From positions 1 to 34,374 of IMG/VR virus record IMGVR_UViG_3300036784_000080: a DNA stretch of 34,374 nucleotides; one strand, given 5' to 3'. The notes under the pieces are model-generated. The model was not told the DNA's origin and did not search any database. It saw nothing but the letters and a program-made list of their open reading frames with translations. This DNA is from a virus. Lineage: Duplodnaviria; Caudoviricetes. Position numbers and translations under genes: made by a program. Numbering within the stretch: position 1 is the stretch's first letter; every line of letters starts with the position of its first letter. Below, piece by piece: positions 1 through 7,521 of the stretch.

Positions 1-57
1 CGACAGACGGCCAGCGCAGCGAGAAGGAGTACAACATCGCAACGCCGGAGGAGCTTG
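1..57. repeat. 57-bp exact inverted copy of 26063-26119; probable chimeric contig end
   Basis: Bases 1-57 are the exact reverse complement of 26063-26119; identity stops at base 58. Confidence 0.9.
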
Positions 58-107
58 AGCATCAGGGAATCCAACAGGTCATTACACTTTTTGTCGTCCA
101 ATATCAT
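58..107 (-). CDS. 5' fragment of a further gene (MILDDKKCNDLLDSLM...), interrupted by the inverted copy
   Basis: ATG at 107-105 overlaps the TGA of 107..733 (TGATG coupling); the frame runs into the 1-57 repeat. Confidence 0.5.
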
Positions 108-733
108 CAGTCTTCGTCCTCATCGTGGTTATAGAGTCTCCATGTTTCATCCTTGCCAACCGTCCACAAGAGAAAGTGCCTCCAGCGCGGCGGGATGAGG
201 CATTGCAGGGCTAGGGTTTCGTGTCGGTCGTGGGCTTCGCGCTCGGTGCGGTAGCGGATTTGCAGTTGATCGTGGGGATAGCGTCGGGCGGTCTCGCGCT
301 CCTGGGCCTTCTCTTCTTCGCGCTCGGCCTCGGTCATGGTGGAGGGTTGCAACAGTCTGCCAAGTCTCCGCTTCTCTCCCGGCGCAAAGAGCATCGTCTC
401 AAACAGGATCGGTGGCCCGAATCCAAAGTTGTGATCCAGACCTAGAAAGATGGTGGAGAGTCTTTCTCCGTAGAGGGTGCGGGTCTTCGCAACGGTGCGG
501 TCTTCGGTCTCGAAGAGCATCGCCCATCGCATGAACGCTGGCATGAGTTCATCGTCAAGGATCGGCTTGCCGTCGCGGTAGTAGTGTGTCGGTCGGCTCA
601 GTTGCCGTTCAAAGAAGCTGTGATCCACGACGATGTTCTGAAAGTCATCGTTCAGCGTGAATAGCTTCTCCCACGCGGGGTCTCCGCTGGCTCCCTGCTC
701 GTTCATCAACTTCCGTAGCTCGTCGGTGTCCAT
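107..733 (-). CDS. conserved phage hypothetical protein (STxFLGLDH...PPILFETM motif)
   Basis: 208-aa ORF with GAGG RBS; the motif LSTIFLGLDHNFGFGPPILFETMLF is recalled from phage hypothetical proteins. Confidence 0.8.
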   Translation of the reverse strand: MDTDELRKLMNEQGASGDPAWEKLFTLNDDFQNIVVDHSFFERQLSRPTHYYRDGKPILDDELMPAFMRWAMLFETEDRTVAKTRTLYGERLSTIFLGLDHNFGFGPPILFETMLFAPGEKRRLGRLLQPSTMTEAEREEEKAQERETARRYPHDQLQIRYRTEREAHDRHETLALQCLIPPRWRHFLLWTVGKDETWRLYNHDEDED

Positions 734-756
734 CTCTGCCTCTCTACGGTTAGGGC

Positions 757-880
757 GGGGGATGAAGTCATGATCTTCACCCCCCTGGCTCTGCCTTCTC
801 GGTTCGCGGGTGGTGGCCGAAGCCCTTTACCCCTTCAACCGTCTCAGGCTCCCCGCAAAGGGTTTAGGCCGATGCGGGAA
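757..880 (-). ncRNA. putative structured intergenic RNA with three hairpins
   Basis: Stem UUCCCGCA/UGCGGGGA (850-880) with loop UCGGCCUAAACCCUU. Long interrupted hairpin GCCU-gaga-CGGUU...GGC UUCG GCC...AACCG-aga-AGGC (793-849). G/C-rich hairpin at 757-785. Confidence 0.5.
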
Positions 881-885
881 TCTCG

Positions 886-1098
886 TTACTTGACTCTGTG
901 GCTTATCTCATCCACGCGGCCTTCCAGCTTTTGCGTGATCCCGTAGAACTGCGTCATATCGCGTTGGATCAAGGTTAGGGTGCCGTCGATCTTATCGAGT
1001 CGTCGCCATATCAGAGTGAAGAACGCAGTGCCAAGAACCCCCAGAAAAAGCATTAGTACACCTAGCACGATGGAGTCAATGTGATTAGCCACGGACAA
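886..1098 (-). CDS. small membrane protein (one TM helix plus coiled coil)
   Basis: 70 aa; hydrophobic IVLGVLMLFLGVLGTAFFTLIW followed by a heptad-like tail; GGAGG RBS. Confidence 0.75.
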   Translation of the reverse strand: MSVANHIDSIVLGVLMLFLGVLGTAFFTLIWRRLDKIDGTLTLIQRDMTQFYGITQKLEGRVDEISHRVK

Positions 1099-2443
1099 CC
1101 TCCTTCTTCGGGGTGCGCTTCCTGGCCGCTGGCTTCGGTTCCTTCTCCTCGTTCACCGCTTTCACTTCGCCATCCTCAAGGTACACTCCAACCTTCCCGG
1201 TCGTGTCAACCTGCTCGATCCAGATTTGAAAGTCGTTCTCTTTCGCCATCCCTGCAATCACGTCAAGGCTCTTTTCGTCCAGCAGTGATCCGTCCTTGAT
1301 CCGCATGACGCGAAGCTGCGGGTTGGTCGCCATCCCGATAGCCATGCTGATTTTGATTTGCTCGGCCTGGGACGCTTGCTCAAACGGTATGCCATTGTAG
1401 ACAACCTCTTTTTTCGCAGTGTCAAAGCCTAAGCCTTCGATGGGGTAGTTGGCGTTAGAGAGGGCTTCGGCCTTCTGTCGGTCGCCACGCTTTACGGCTT
1501 CGTCAAGCTTCTCCCACTCCTGTTGTTTGGCGGTCACTTCCCTGTCGAGTACATCGCGGGTGGCCTTGCGGTCGATAGCGGCGTTGATGTGCCTTGCGGT
1601 GTTGATCCGCTCGGCAACCTCGGCGGCGTCCTTCGGCTCACCTAGCGATACCCATTCCTCGGTCGATGCGCGTCTCACCTTCGCTCCGGCCTCCAGCAAA
1701 GTAGCTGCGCGTACCAGGTCATCGGCCTGTTGGCGTAGCTCATCGGCTTTGTTCCGCTTGGCCTCTGCCTCCCCCTCGTCGGCGCGAATCCCATCCCTGA
1801 TCTTCTCCCGCGCAAGCTCCAGGTCTTTCAGGCCGCTGTTGTAGTCGCTGACTTCGGTTAGCTCTTTGACTAGCGCGGCCTCGTCATACTTCTCCGCTGG
1901 CAGGTCGGCGGGGACGGCGATGGCATCGCGGCGGGTGGTGACGGCTTCGCGCTCCTTCTTAACAACGGTGCGCTTGTCGTAGTCGGCGCGGGTCTGCTCC
2001 TCCAGCGCGTCAAGGTCAACGTCCGGCGCGGCGATGTGGGCTACGGTGTCGAATTGCTGCCGCGCCGTCATGCGGGTAAAGGCTAGCGGGTCGAAGCTGA
2101 TTGCCCCCATGAGGGCGGCAAGCATCTCGCCGGGGTCTTTCCACGCCTTGCCTGTCTTGTCTTCGACGCTGAGATATCCGGCGCGTTTGGGGCTTCCCTC
2201 GATCAGTTTGCGGGTGACGATGATTTCCCCCAGGTCAAGGCGGATGACGCCTTTTCCTGATCCTCTGCGGACGGGCATGGAGGGGACGTTGCGGGTTCCG
2301 GTCAAGGCCCATTCGATAGCGTCAAGCACAGAGGACTTGCCTTCGCCGTTGCCTCCGGTGATGCGGGTGACGTACTTGTTCGGGGTGATATCAACTAGCT
2401 TAAGCCGCTTGATGTTCTCGGCGGTGAATTTCGTGATCCGCAT
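1085..2443 (-). CDS. SMC/Rad50(SbcC)-like coiled-coil ABC ATPase
   Basis: N-terminus MRITKFTAENIKRL, Walker A GGNGEGKSS, long coiled coil, signature-like ASQAEQ and Walker B/D-loop-like MRIKDGSLLD. Start set at ATG 2443 (TAATG overlap). Confidence 0.9.
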   Translation of the reverse strand: MRITKFTAENIKRLKLVDITPNKYVTRITGGNGEGKSSVLDAIEWALTGTRNVPSMPVRRGSGKGVIRLDLGEIIVTRKLIEGSPKRAGYLSVEDKTGKAWKDPGEMLAALMGAISFDPLAFTRMTARQQFDTVAHIAAPDVDLDALEEQTRADYDKRTVVKKEREAVTTRRDAIAVPADLPAEKYDEAALVKELTEVSDYNSGLKDLELAREKIRDGIRADEGEAEAKRNKADELRQQADDLVRAATLLEAGAKVRRASTEEWVSLGEPKDAAEVAERINTARHINAAIDRKATRDVLDREVTAKQQEWEKLDEAVKRGDRQKAEALSNANYPIEGLGFDTAKKEVVYNGIPFEQASQAEQIKISMAIGMATNPQLRVMRIKDGSLLDEKSLDVIAGMAKENDFQIWIEQVDTTGKVGVYLEDGEVKAVNEEKEPKPAARKRTPKKEVVRG

Positions 2444-2796
2444 TAATTCGTTCCTGCTTTCTTTTTCGCTTCTTCGGCTTCGATCTGCGCTCCGCATACA
2501 GCGCAATAGTCATCGTCCTCATGCCACGGCTGGATCGCGTCGGGATGCTTTACCGCGTCCACGTCAGCCTTGTACTCAACTTCACAGTTTTCACAGATGT
2601 AGGTCAGCCGCTCTGCACTTTTAATCTCGGTGTCGGTGATATATCCGTAGTCAACCTTAAAATCTGACGGCAGATGATCGCGCACATTCGCCCTGGTGGT
2701 GGCTTCCTGTTCAGCATCGGCTTCGCTGCTGGCATCTACTTCCATCTCATATTCCACTGCGGCCATGACTTTAACTTTTACTTTGAATTGCGCCAT
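2443..2796 (-). CDS. hypothetical protein with CxxC...CxxC zinc finger
   Basis: 117 aa from MAQFKVK; contains CENC and CAVC; coupled to neighbouring genes. Confidence 0.8.
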   Translation of the reverse strand: MAQFKVKVKVMAAVEYEMEVDASSEADAEQEATTRANVRDHLPSDFKVDYGYITDTEIKSAERLTYICENCEVEYKADVDAVKHPDAIQPWHEDDDYCAVCGAQIEAEEAKKKAGTN

Positions 2797-2797
2797 C

Positions 2798-2977
2798 TTA
2801 ACGTGATCCTGCTTTCTTTCTGGTGGTGGGCTTGGGCGATTCGCCGTTGTTCTCAAGGTAGAAGCTGATGATCTTGTTCAACATTGAGGTACGGTCGCGG
2901 TGGTCTTTGTCGGCTATCCTGTCGATGATTGCGACGGTGGAAGTAGGGCAATAAAAATTGATCTTGGTTTTTTCCAT
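2798..2977 (-). CDS. ribbon-helix-helix (Arc/CopG-like) transcriptional regulator
   Basis: 59 aa; beta-strand KINFYC, helix STVAIIDRIADK, turn, helix RTSMLNKIISFYL. Confidence 0.75.
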   Translation of the reverse strand: MEKTKINFYCPTSTVAIIDRIADKDHRDRTSMLNKIISFYLENNGESPKPTTRKKAGSR

Positions 2978-2984
2978 ATACCCC

Positions 2985-3012
2985 ACGATACTCCAATAGA
3001 GTCCGGTGTCAA
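2985..3012 (-). promoter_or_regulatory. sigma70-type promoter, probably giving a leaderless RHH mRNA
   Basis: TTGACA-N16-TATCGT, then 7 nt to the ATG at 2977; no RBS. Confidence 0.6.
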
Positions 3013-3023
3013 CCTGAAAGATT

Positions 3024-3056
3024 AAAAATAAAGGCCGGGGAAAATTTCCCCCGGCC
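3024..3056 (-). terminator. intrinsic terminator ending the structural operon
   Basis: GGCCGGGG/CCCCGGCC stem (3033-3056) followed on the minus strand by UUUAUUUUU. Confidence 0.85.
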
Positions 3057-3120
3057 CTGTTGCGAGTCCTTCGTGGCTCTCCCATGAGCATTTGAAGTGC
3101 GCCAAGTTTACCTCAAATTC

Positions 3121-5172
3121 TCATTTCCTCCGTTTCGATGTGGCCGGGGGCTGCGCCGGGTCTGCTGCTGCCTTCTGCCTATCCTGTATTAGCTGGTCGG
3201 CTGCGGGTATCTCCATCACAACCTCAAGCGGTGAAATGTCGGAGCGGACGGCTTTTACTTCCCAGAAAAACTTCTGCGAATCGAGGGCGGATCGGACGCG
3301 GAACTTCCCGGCTGCGACACGCGATGCGGCTACCATCCCAAACTCCTCCGCGTCGTCCTCGAAGAGTGCCGTCACCAATACGCTGCGGTCGGTCGCCATC
3401 GTTATAGCCTCGAAGTAATCGGGCAGGGTGATTTCGCAGATGCCGTCCACGGTCACACCTTCGCCACGGTAGAAGACGGCGCACTCCGGGCCTTCGATGC
3501 AGGAGTGGGTTAGGTACTTGGTGTCATCCAGGGGATGCACCATTCTGAAGTTCTTCGCGCCATTCGTCACGGTGAAGTCGCCGTTAACTTGGCAGAGTCC
3601 ACCTGTTCTCCCGTTGTTGATGAAGAGTCTTCCACCCCCGCCTCCGTCGATGAACGTTGACGCTCCATCGCTGTAGAGGGCGAGATTATTGGTTGCACAT
3701 GGGATGTTGACCGAGTTGCAGGTCAAGTTCCCCGCATTGTCCACCTTCGCCACTTCTACTGAATTGCCGCTGCCAAACTGAACCCCCGTCCCGCCGTTGC
3801 TCCAGTTGAGAAGTACACCGAAGGCTGAGGCCGCATTGACGATGATGTTTCCGCCACCATAGGCAACCGCTGGCCCATTGGAACCCGGCCCCACTGCGAC
3901 ATAGCTGCTGACCTGTGCGTGGTCGCTGAGGATGCCATTGGTGACCTGTATCGAGTCAGCGGCCAAAGCTCCGGTTGAGGAGACGGTTGAGGCACTGAAG
4001 GCTCCGACTGAGGTTATGGTGTTCGCCGTGAGATTGCCCTGGTTGTCTACGGCTGCAACCTCCGTCCCTGCGCCGTTCCCGAATCGCACAGAGTCTCCCG
4101 CGCCGTATGCGTTGAGAAAGATATACCCTCCATGCGCCGGGTCGATGAACATGCTAGGGCCGTTCCCGATGATCTGTGATCCACCCACTAGAACAATGTC
4201 GCCTCCATTGACGTTGAGGTTGTTGCAGGTGAGGTCTCCGGTGCTGGTAAGCGTAGAGCTACACGCAACCGGGCCTGTAAAGGTAATGCTGGCGGCGGCG
4301 GCGGCGTTGCGAACTACGGTCAGCCAGTCGTTTGCCGCGCTCTTGTCGTCGGGGTACAAACGCATCCGAAAAGTTCCGTTCGCGTCAACGAAGAGGTCAG
4401 AATACTTTTGGTCTGCTGGCGCGTCGGAGCTAATCATTACCATGCGCGGGTTCGTGCCGTTGTTGGCTACTCCGATTGATAACGCTCCCTGCGTGATCGG
4501 CAGGGAGGTCGTTGCGCCTTCGGCCACTACTGAACCCTTGAAGAAGTTCGACGTTGTGAGATTCGGAATTGTGGTCGGGTCGATTGACGGTTGCCATGAG
4601 TTCCCCGATGAGACTCCTACTCCCGCTGGCGGAAACACCATGTTGCCGATTCCCTCCTGGGTATTGGCGAAGGTGCGGACGGGTGATCCGTCCACGTTGG
4701 CGGCGGCGGCGTCGAGGGTATCCGTCACCTCCAGATTGTCCATCGTTTGATCGGCGGTGAAGACGTTCGCCTGGTCGAGATAGGCGAGGTCGGCGGGGTC
4801 GATGGTCGGCGTGTTCGCCATCGTGCGGACGGGTGATCCGTCCACATTGGCGGCGGCGGCGGTGAGGGTGCCGTCGATGGTCACGTCTCCCATTTCGTGT
4901 ACTGCTGCCGCAACGTACCCGGTTCCATTCCAGCTATAACTCTGCGTCTGTACTTCGCGCTCGTCCACGATGTAGACGGTCGCGGCTCCGTTGACTACGG
5001 ACGCGATGGTGTCCACTCCGGCATAGCCCGGTGGGATGACAACCTTGAATCCGCCTCCCGCGTTCACGGCGAAGTCCACGGCGTTCTGGATCGTGTGGAG
5101 ATAGCCTTCGCCTACATAGAGCGTGTCGTTAACCTGCTGCGTCGATGTAGGAGCTACTAGCGTTGTGCTCAT
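3121..5172 (-). CDS. tail fibre / receptor-binding protein
   Basis: 683 aa, G/N/T/A-rich beta repeats; C-terminal KNFRMVHPLDDTKYLTHSCIEGPE...LPDYF domain typical of phage fibre ends. Confidence 0.85.
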   Translation of the reverse strand: MSTTLVAPTSTQQVNDTLYVGEGYLHTIQNAVDFAVNAGGGFKVVIPPGYAGVDTIASVVNGAATVYIVDEREVQTQSYSWNGTGYVAAAVHEMGDVTIDGTLTAAAANVDGSPVRTMANTPTIDPADLAYLDQANVFTADQTMDNLEVTDTLDAAAANVDGSPVRTFANTQEGIGNMVFPPAGVGVSSGNSWQPSIDPTTIPNLTTSNFFKGSVVAEGATTSLPITQGALSIGVANNGTNPRMVMISSDAPADQKYSDLFVDANGTFRMRLYPDDKSAANDWLTVVRNAAAAASITFTGPVACSSTLTSTGDLTCNNLNVNGGDIVLVGGSQIIGNGPSMFIDPAHGGYIFLNAYGAGDSVRFGNGAGTEVAAVDNQGNLTANTITSVGAFSASTVSSTGALAADSIQVTNGILSDHAQVSSYVAVGPGSNGPAVAYGGGNIIVNAASAFGVLLNWSNGGTGVQFGSGNSVEVAKVDNAGNLTCNSVNIPCATNNLALYSDGASTFIDGGGGGRLFINNGRTGGLCQVNGDFTVTNGAKNFRMVHPLDDTKYLTHSCIEGPECAVFYRGEGVTVDGICEITLPDYFEAITMATDRSVLVTALFEDDAEEFGMVAASRVAAGKFRVRSALDSQKFFWEVKAVRSDISPLEVVMEIPAADQLIQDRQKAAADPAQPPATSKRRK
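4673..4861. repeat. 39-bp direct repeat (4673-4711 and 4823-4861) inside the tail fibre gene
   Basis: GTGCGGACGGGTGATCCGTCCAC(G/A)TTGGCGGCGGCGGCG, one mismatch, 150 bp apart; encodes AAAANVDGSPVRT twice. Confidence 0.9.
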
Positions 5173-5489
5173 GGTGTCTCCTTCTGGGTAACGGTGCCGG
5201 GTGGAATGGCAAGCAGTCTTCCCCCGGTGATGCCGATAAAGTTCTGAACGGTGACTGAGCCTGGGGTCTGGTCAACGTCTACTGCGTTGAGACACGTTAC
5301 AGGCCACTTGTAGCTGTATCCGCCATGCTCGTCCTGCCGGATGATCCATGTGTATAGCACTCCTGACGCGATGTTCTTGGTGCGTCCCCCCGGCACGTCG
5401 TTAACCAAGGTGAGGATGAAACACACTGCCTGGTTGCCGTCGAAGACGAGCGGCGTCCGCGAGTTGAAAATTGTATAGGGGCGGCTCAT
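5169..5489 (-). CDS. small tail protein, paralogous to the C-terminal domain of 5486..6151
   Basis: GVLYTWIIRQDEHGGYSYKW...DQTPGSVTVQNF aligns with GNLYTFIIEMDNVGGHNFYF...NQDPNGITVQTF; ATG at 5489 overlaps the upstream stop. Confidence 0.75.
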   Translation of the reverse strand: MSRPYTIFNSRTPLVFDGNQAVCFILTLVNDVPGGRTKNIASGVLYTWIIRQDEHGGYSYKWPVTCLNAVDVDQTPGSVTVQNFIGITGGRLLAIPPGTVTQKETP

Positions 5490-6151
5490 TGGTAGGTTCC
5501 TGCGCCAATGGGATAGAGGCTCCCGTCTGTGTCGCACACAAAGGTCTGAACGGTGATCCCGTTGGGGTCTTGGTTGGGCTGCGCTGCGTTATGCACGTTG
5601 GCCGCAAAATAAAAGTTGTGTCCTCCCACGTTGTCCATCTCAATGATGAAGGTATAAAGATTTCCCGCCACGGCGTTGTCGATTGTCACGCCTTCTGATC
5701 CTGAACATGGAAACAGGAAGGCAGTAGCGGTCGAAGCATCCAGACCTATATTCGGCTGATAGGGTACGGTGACGAGTTGGTTGTAGATGAGTGGCGGGAG
5801 TGGCGGGACGGGTAGCGTCGGGTCGAAGGGCTGCGCTGTTCCAAGGTCGTAGTCGTTCGCGTCGAGAAAGATGTAGGCGTTGGTCTGGATGATATCGCCG
5901 TTGCCGTCTTTGACGGTGACGGTGTAGTAGGTTCCCGCTGGCTCGATCACATCGTTGCCGTCAACCTCGAAGCTGAAGGCGTTGGTTGTCTCGTCTGCCG
6001 TGAGTCCCTTGATCGTCACGTCGGCAAGCATCGCATCCTGAGAGCGGGGTACCTGTGATCCGTAGTTGCAGAGTGCAACGTCCAGCGTTGCGATGCCATC
6101 CACGTCACCTTCGCCGTAGAACGTTTCGAGTTTTCCGGTGATCGTCGCCAT
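5486..6151 (-). CDS. tail/baseplate-associated structural protein
   Basis: 221 aa; beta-rich N-domain (NDVIEPAGTYYTVTVKD), Pro linker, beta-sandwich C-domain; lies in the tail module. Confidence 0.75.
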   Translation of the reverse strand: MATITGKLETFYGEGDVDGIATLDVALCNYGSQVPRSQDAMLADVTIKGLTADETTNAFSFEVDGNDVIEPAGTYYTVTVKDGNGDIIQTNAYIFLDANDYDLGTAQPFDPTLPVPPLPPLIYNQLVTVPYQPNIGLDASTATAFLFPCSGSEGVTIDNAVAGNLYTFIIEMDNVGGHNFYFAANVHNAAQPNQDPNGITVQTFVCDTDGSLYPIGAGTYQ

Positions 6152-6158
6152 AGTTGCC

Positions 6159-6578
6159 TCATGCGAAAAAAGTCATGTACCCCACGGTCGCGATGCGGGG
6201 GTGATTCTCAAGGTCATCCAGAATGTTCTGCCGGAACCAGGGGTTTGTGATGTTGTGAAGCTCGGCGTAGTAGAGGGCTTTGTGATCCTCAAGGTTGACG
6301 TTGGAATCGTCGGCTATGCCGTGATAAATGTCGTCCACTCTGCGGATGAGTTCGCGGAATCCTCCATCACGCGCATTGATCGCGGGTCTCTCCGGCCATT
6401 GTGTTCCCCGCGTCCTTGCTACGCTGTCGATCACACCCTGCCAGTCGTTCCACCCGGCCTTGACGCGGTTGGCGAGTACCTGAATCACGGCAAGCATCGG
6501 CTCACATCCGCCGTGGTGGTAGGCGTCCTCTATCGCCACGTCTACAAGTTTGGCCTTGATGTAGTTTTCATACGTCAT
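6159..6578 (-). CDS. SleB-like cell wall hydrolase (Hydrolase_2); candidate endolysin
   Basis: MLAVIQVLANRV...W..V, ALYY...W and IATVGYMTFF follow the SleB family pattern; the catalytic motif is atypical. Confidence 0.7.
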   Translation of the reverse strand: MTYENYIKAKLVDVAIEDAYHHGGCEPMLAVIQVLANRVKAGWNDWQGVIDSVARTRGTQWPERPAINARDGGFRELIRRVDDIYHGIADDSNVNLEDHKALYYAELHNITNPWFRQNILDDLENHPRIATVGYMTFFA

Positions 6579-6805
6579 GGCTTCCCCTTCTTTGCATCCT
6601 CGGCGGCGAGTTCCTTACAGGCTTCGAGGGCGATGCGCTGCTGCTGGACGCGAAGGAATTGCATGGCGATGATGGCGCATTGAATCTCCGGCGCAACCTC
6701 TTTGTCGATGATGACGGGCCGGACGCCTCCCCCGGCGAGGATGAGCGTGTTGTGGCATCCCGCGAGGATCGGGAGTAGCAGGACGGTCAACCGCGCTCGT
6801 CTCAT
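6575..6805 (-). CDS. small lipoprotein (possible o-spanin or lysis accessory)
   Basis: MRRARLTVLLLPILAGC carries the lipobox LAGC; 76 aa; adjacent to the hydrolase. Confidence 0.6.
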   Translation of the reverse strand: MRRARLTVLLLPILAGCHNTLILAGGGVRPVIIDKEVAPEIQCAIIAMQFLRVQQQRIALEACKELAAEDAKKGKP

Positions 6806-7521
6806 GGCTTCTCCTGTCTCCTGTATCCCTCCAGGCTGTGTCGGTAGAACCAACTAGCGTCGTTGTCCACGACCGGGCCAAAGGCGCGGTCAACCTCGTC
6901 CTCGGTCAACACCCCGGCGAGAATCAGGTGGAGCATGGCCGTCCTCCATCCCCGGTACTTTTCGACGGTCGGGACGTTCCACTCGTTGAAGCGCATCACG
7001 CTCCACTCAGGGCCGCATCCATCTTGCAGTGACGTGACGCAACGGCGAATCCTGATCCCGTTCTCTCTCACCCACGCGCTCACACCCACGCGGCCCTTTA
7101 CGGCGTCATCATGCAGCCATAGTCTTCCATCGCTGCGCTCCTTCTTCATCATCGTCATCATGCCAGTGTGGTCGTCAATCCCCCACACCCAGAAGCTAGG
7201 TGCCTCGATCCGCGCATCCACTCCCACGGCTTGCAGCTTTCTGAAGACGGCGTGAGGATGCATGATGTTGACGAGACGCATCTCTTCGTTCTCACTTCCC
7301 TGCCATAACTCCTGTCTCTTCCAGCGTGACGGCTCGGCGGCGGCGTATGCCTTGGCGTACTCCGCGTCAATCGCGTCCATCTCTTCGTTGGTGAGGTCGC
7401 GGTCGTTGCGCTCCATCGTTGCCAGGTATCGCTCCTGCTCCGGCGTGAGGGATAGCTCCTCGTCGTAGCTCCGCGTCGATTCCTTCATGTTCGATTGAAC
7501 GGTTCCGGCCTGTGCGCTCAC
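6802..7521 (-). CDS. phage hypothetical protein
   Basis: 239-aa ORF overlapping both neighbours; contains PEWS...YRGWRTAMLHLI. Confidence 0.8.
   Translation of the reverse strand: MSAQAGTVQSNMKESTRSYDEELSLTPEQERYLATMERNDRDLTNEEMDAIDAEYAKAYAAAEPSRWKRQELWQGSENEEMRLVNIMHPHAVFRKLQAVGVDARIEAPSFWVWGIDDHTGMMTMMKKERSDGRLWLHDDAVKGRVGVSAWVRENGIRIRRCVTSLQDGCGPEWSVMRFNEWNVPTVEKYRGWRTAMLHLILAGVLTEDEVDRAFGPVVDNDASWFYRHSLEGYRRQEKP

Noticed and set aside
845-900. c-di-GMP-I (GEMM) riboswitch suggested by GGCCUAAACC
   Set aside because: The upstream GNRA-capped hairpin and the 3' half of the tetraloop receptor are absent.
4673-4861. DGR template/variable repeat pair
   Set aside because: Short, both copies are in-frame coding, only one mismatch, and no reverse transcriptase in the window.
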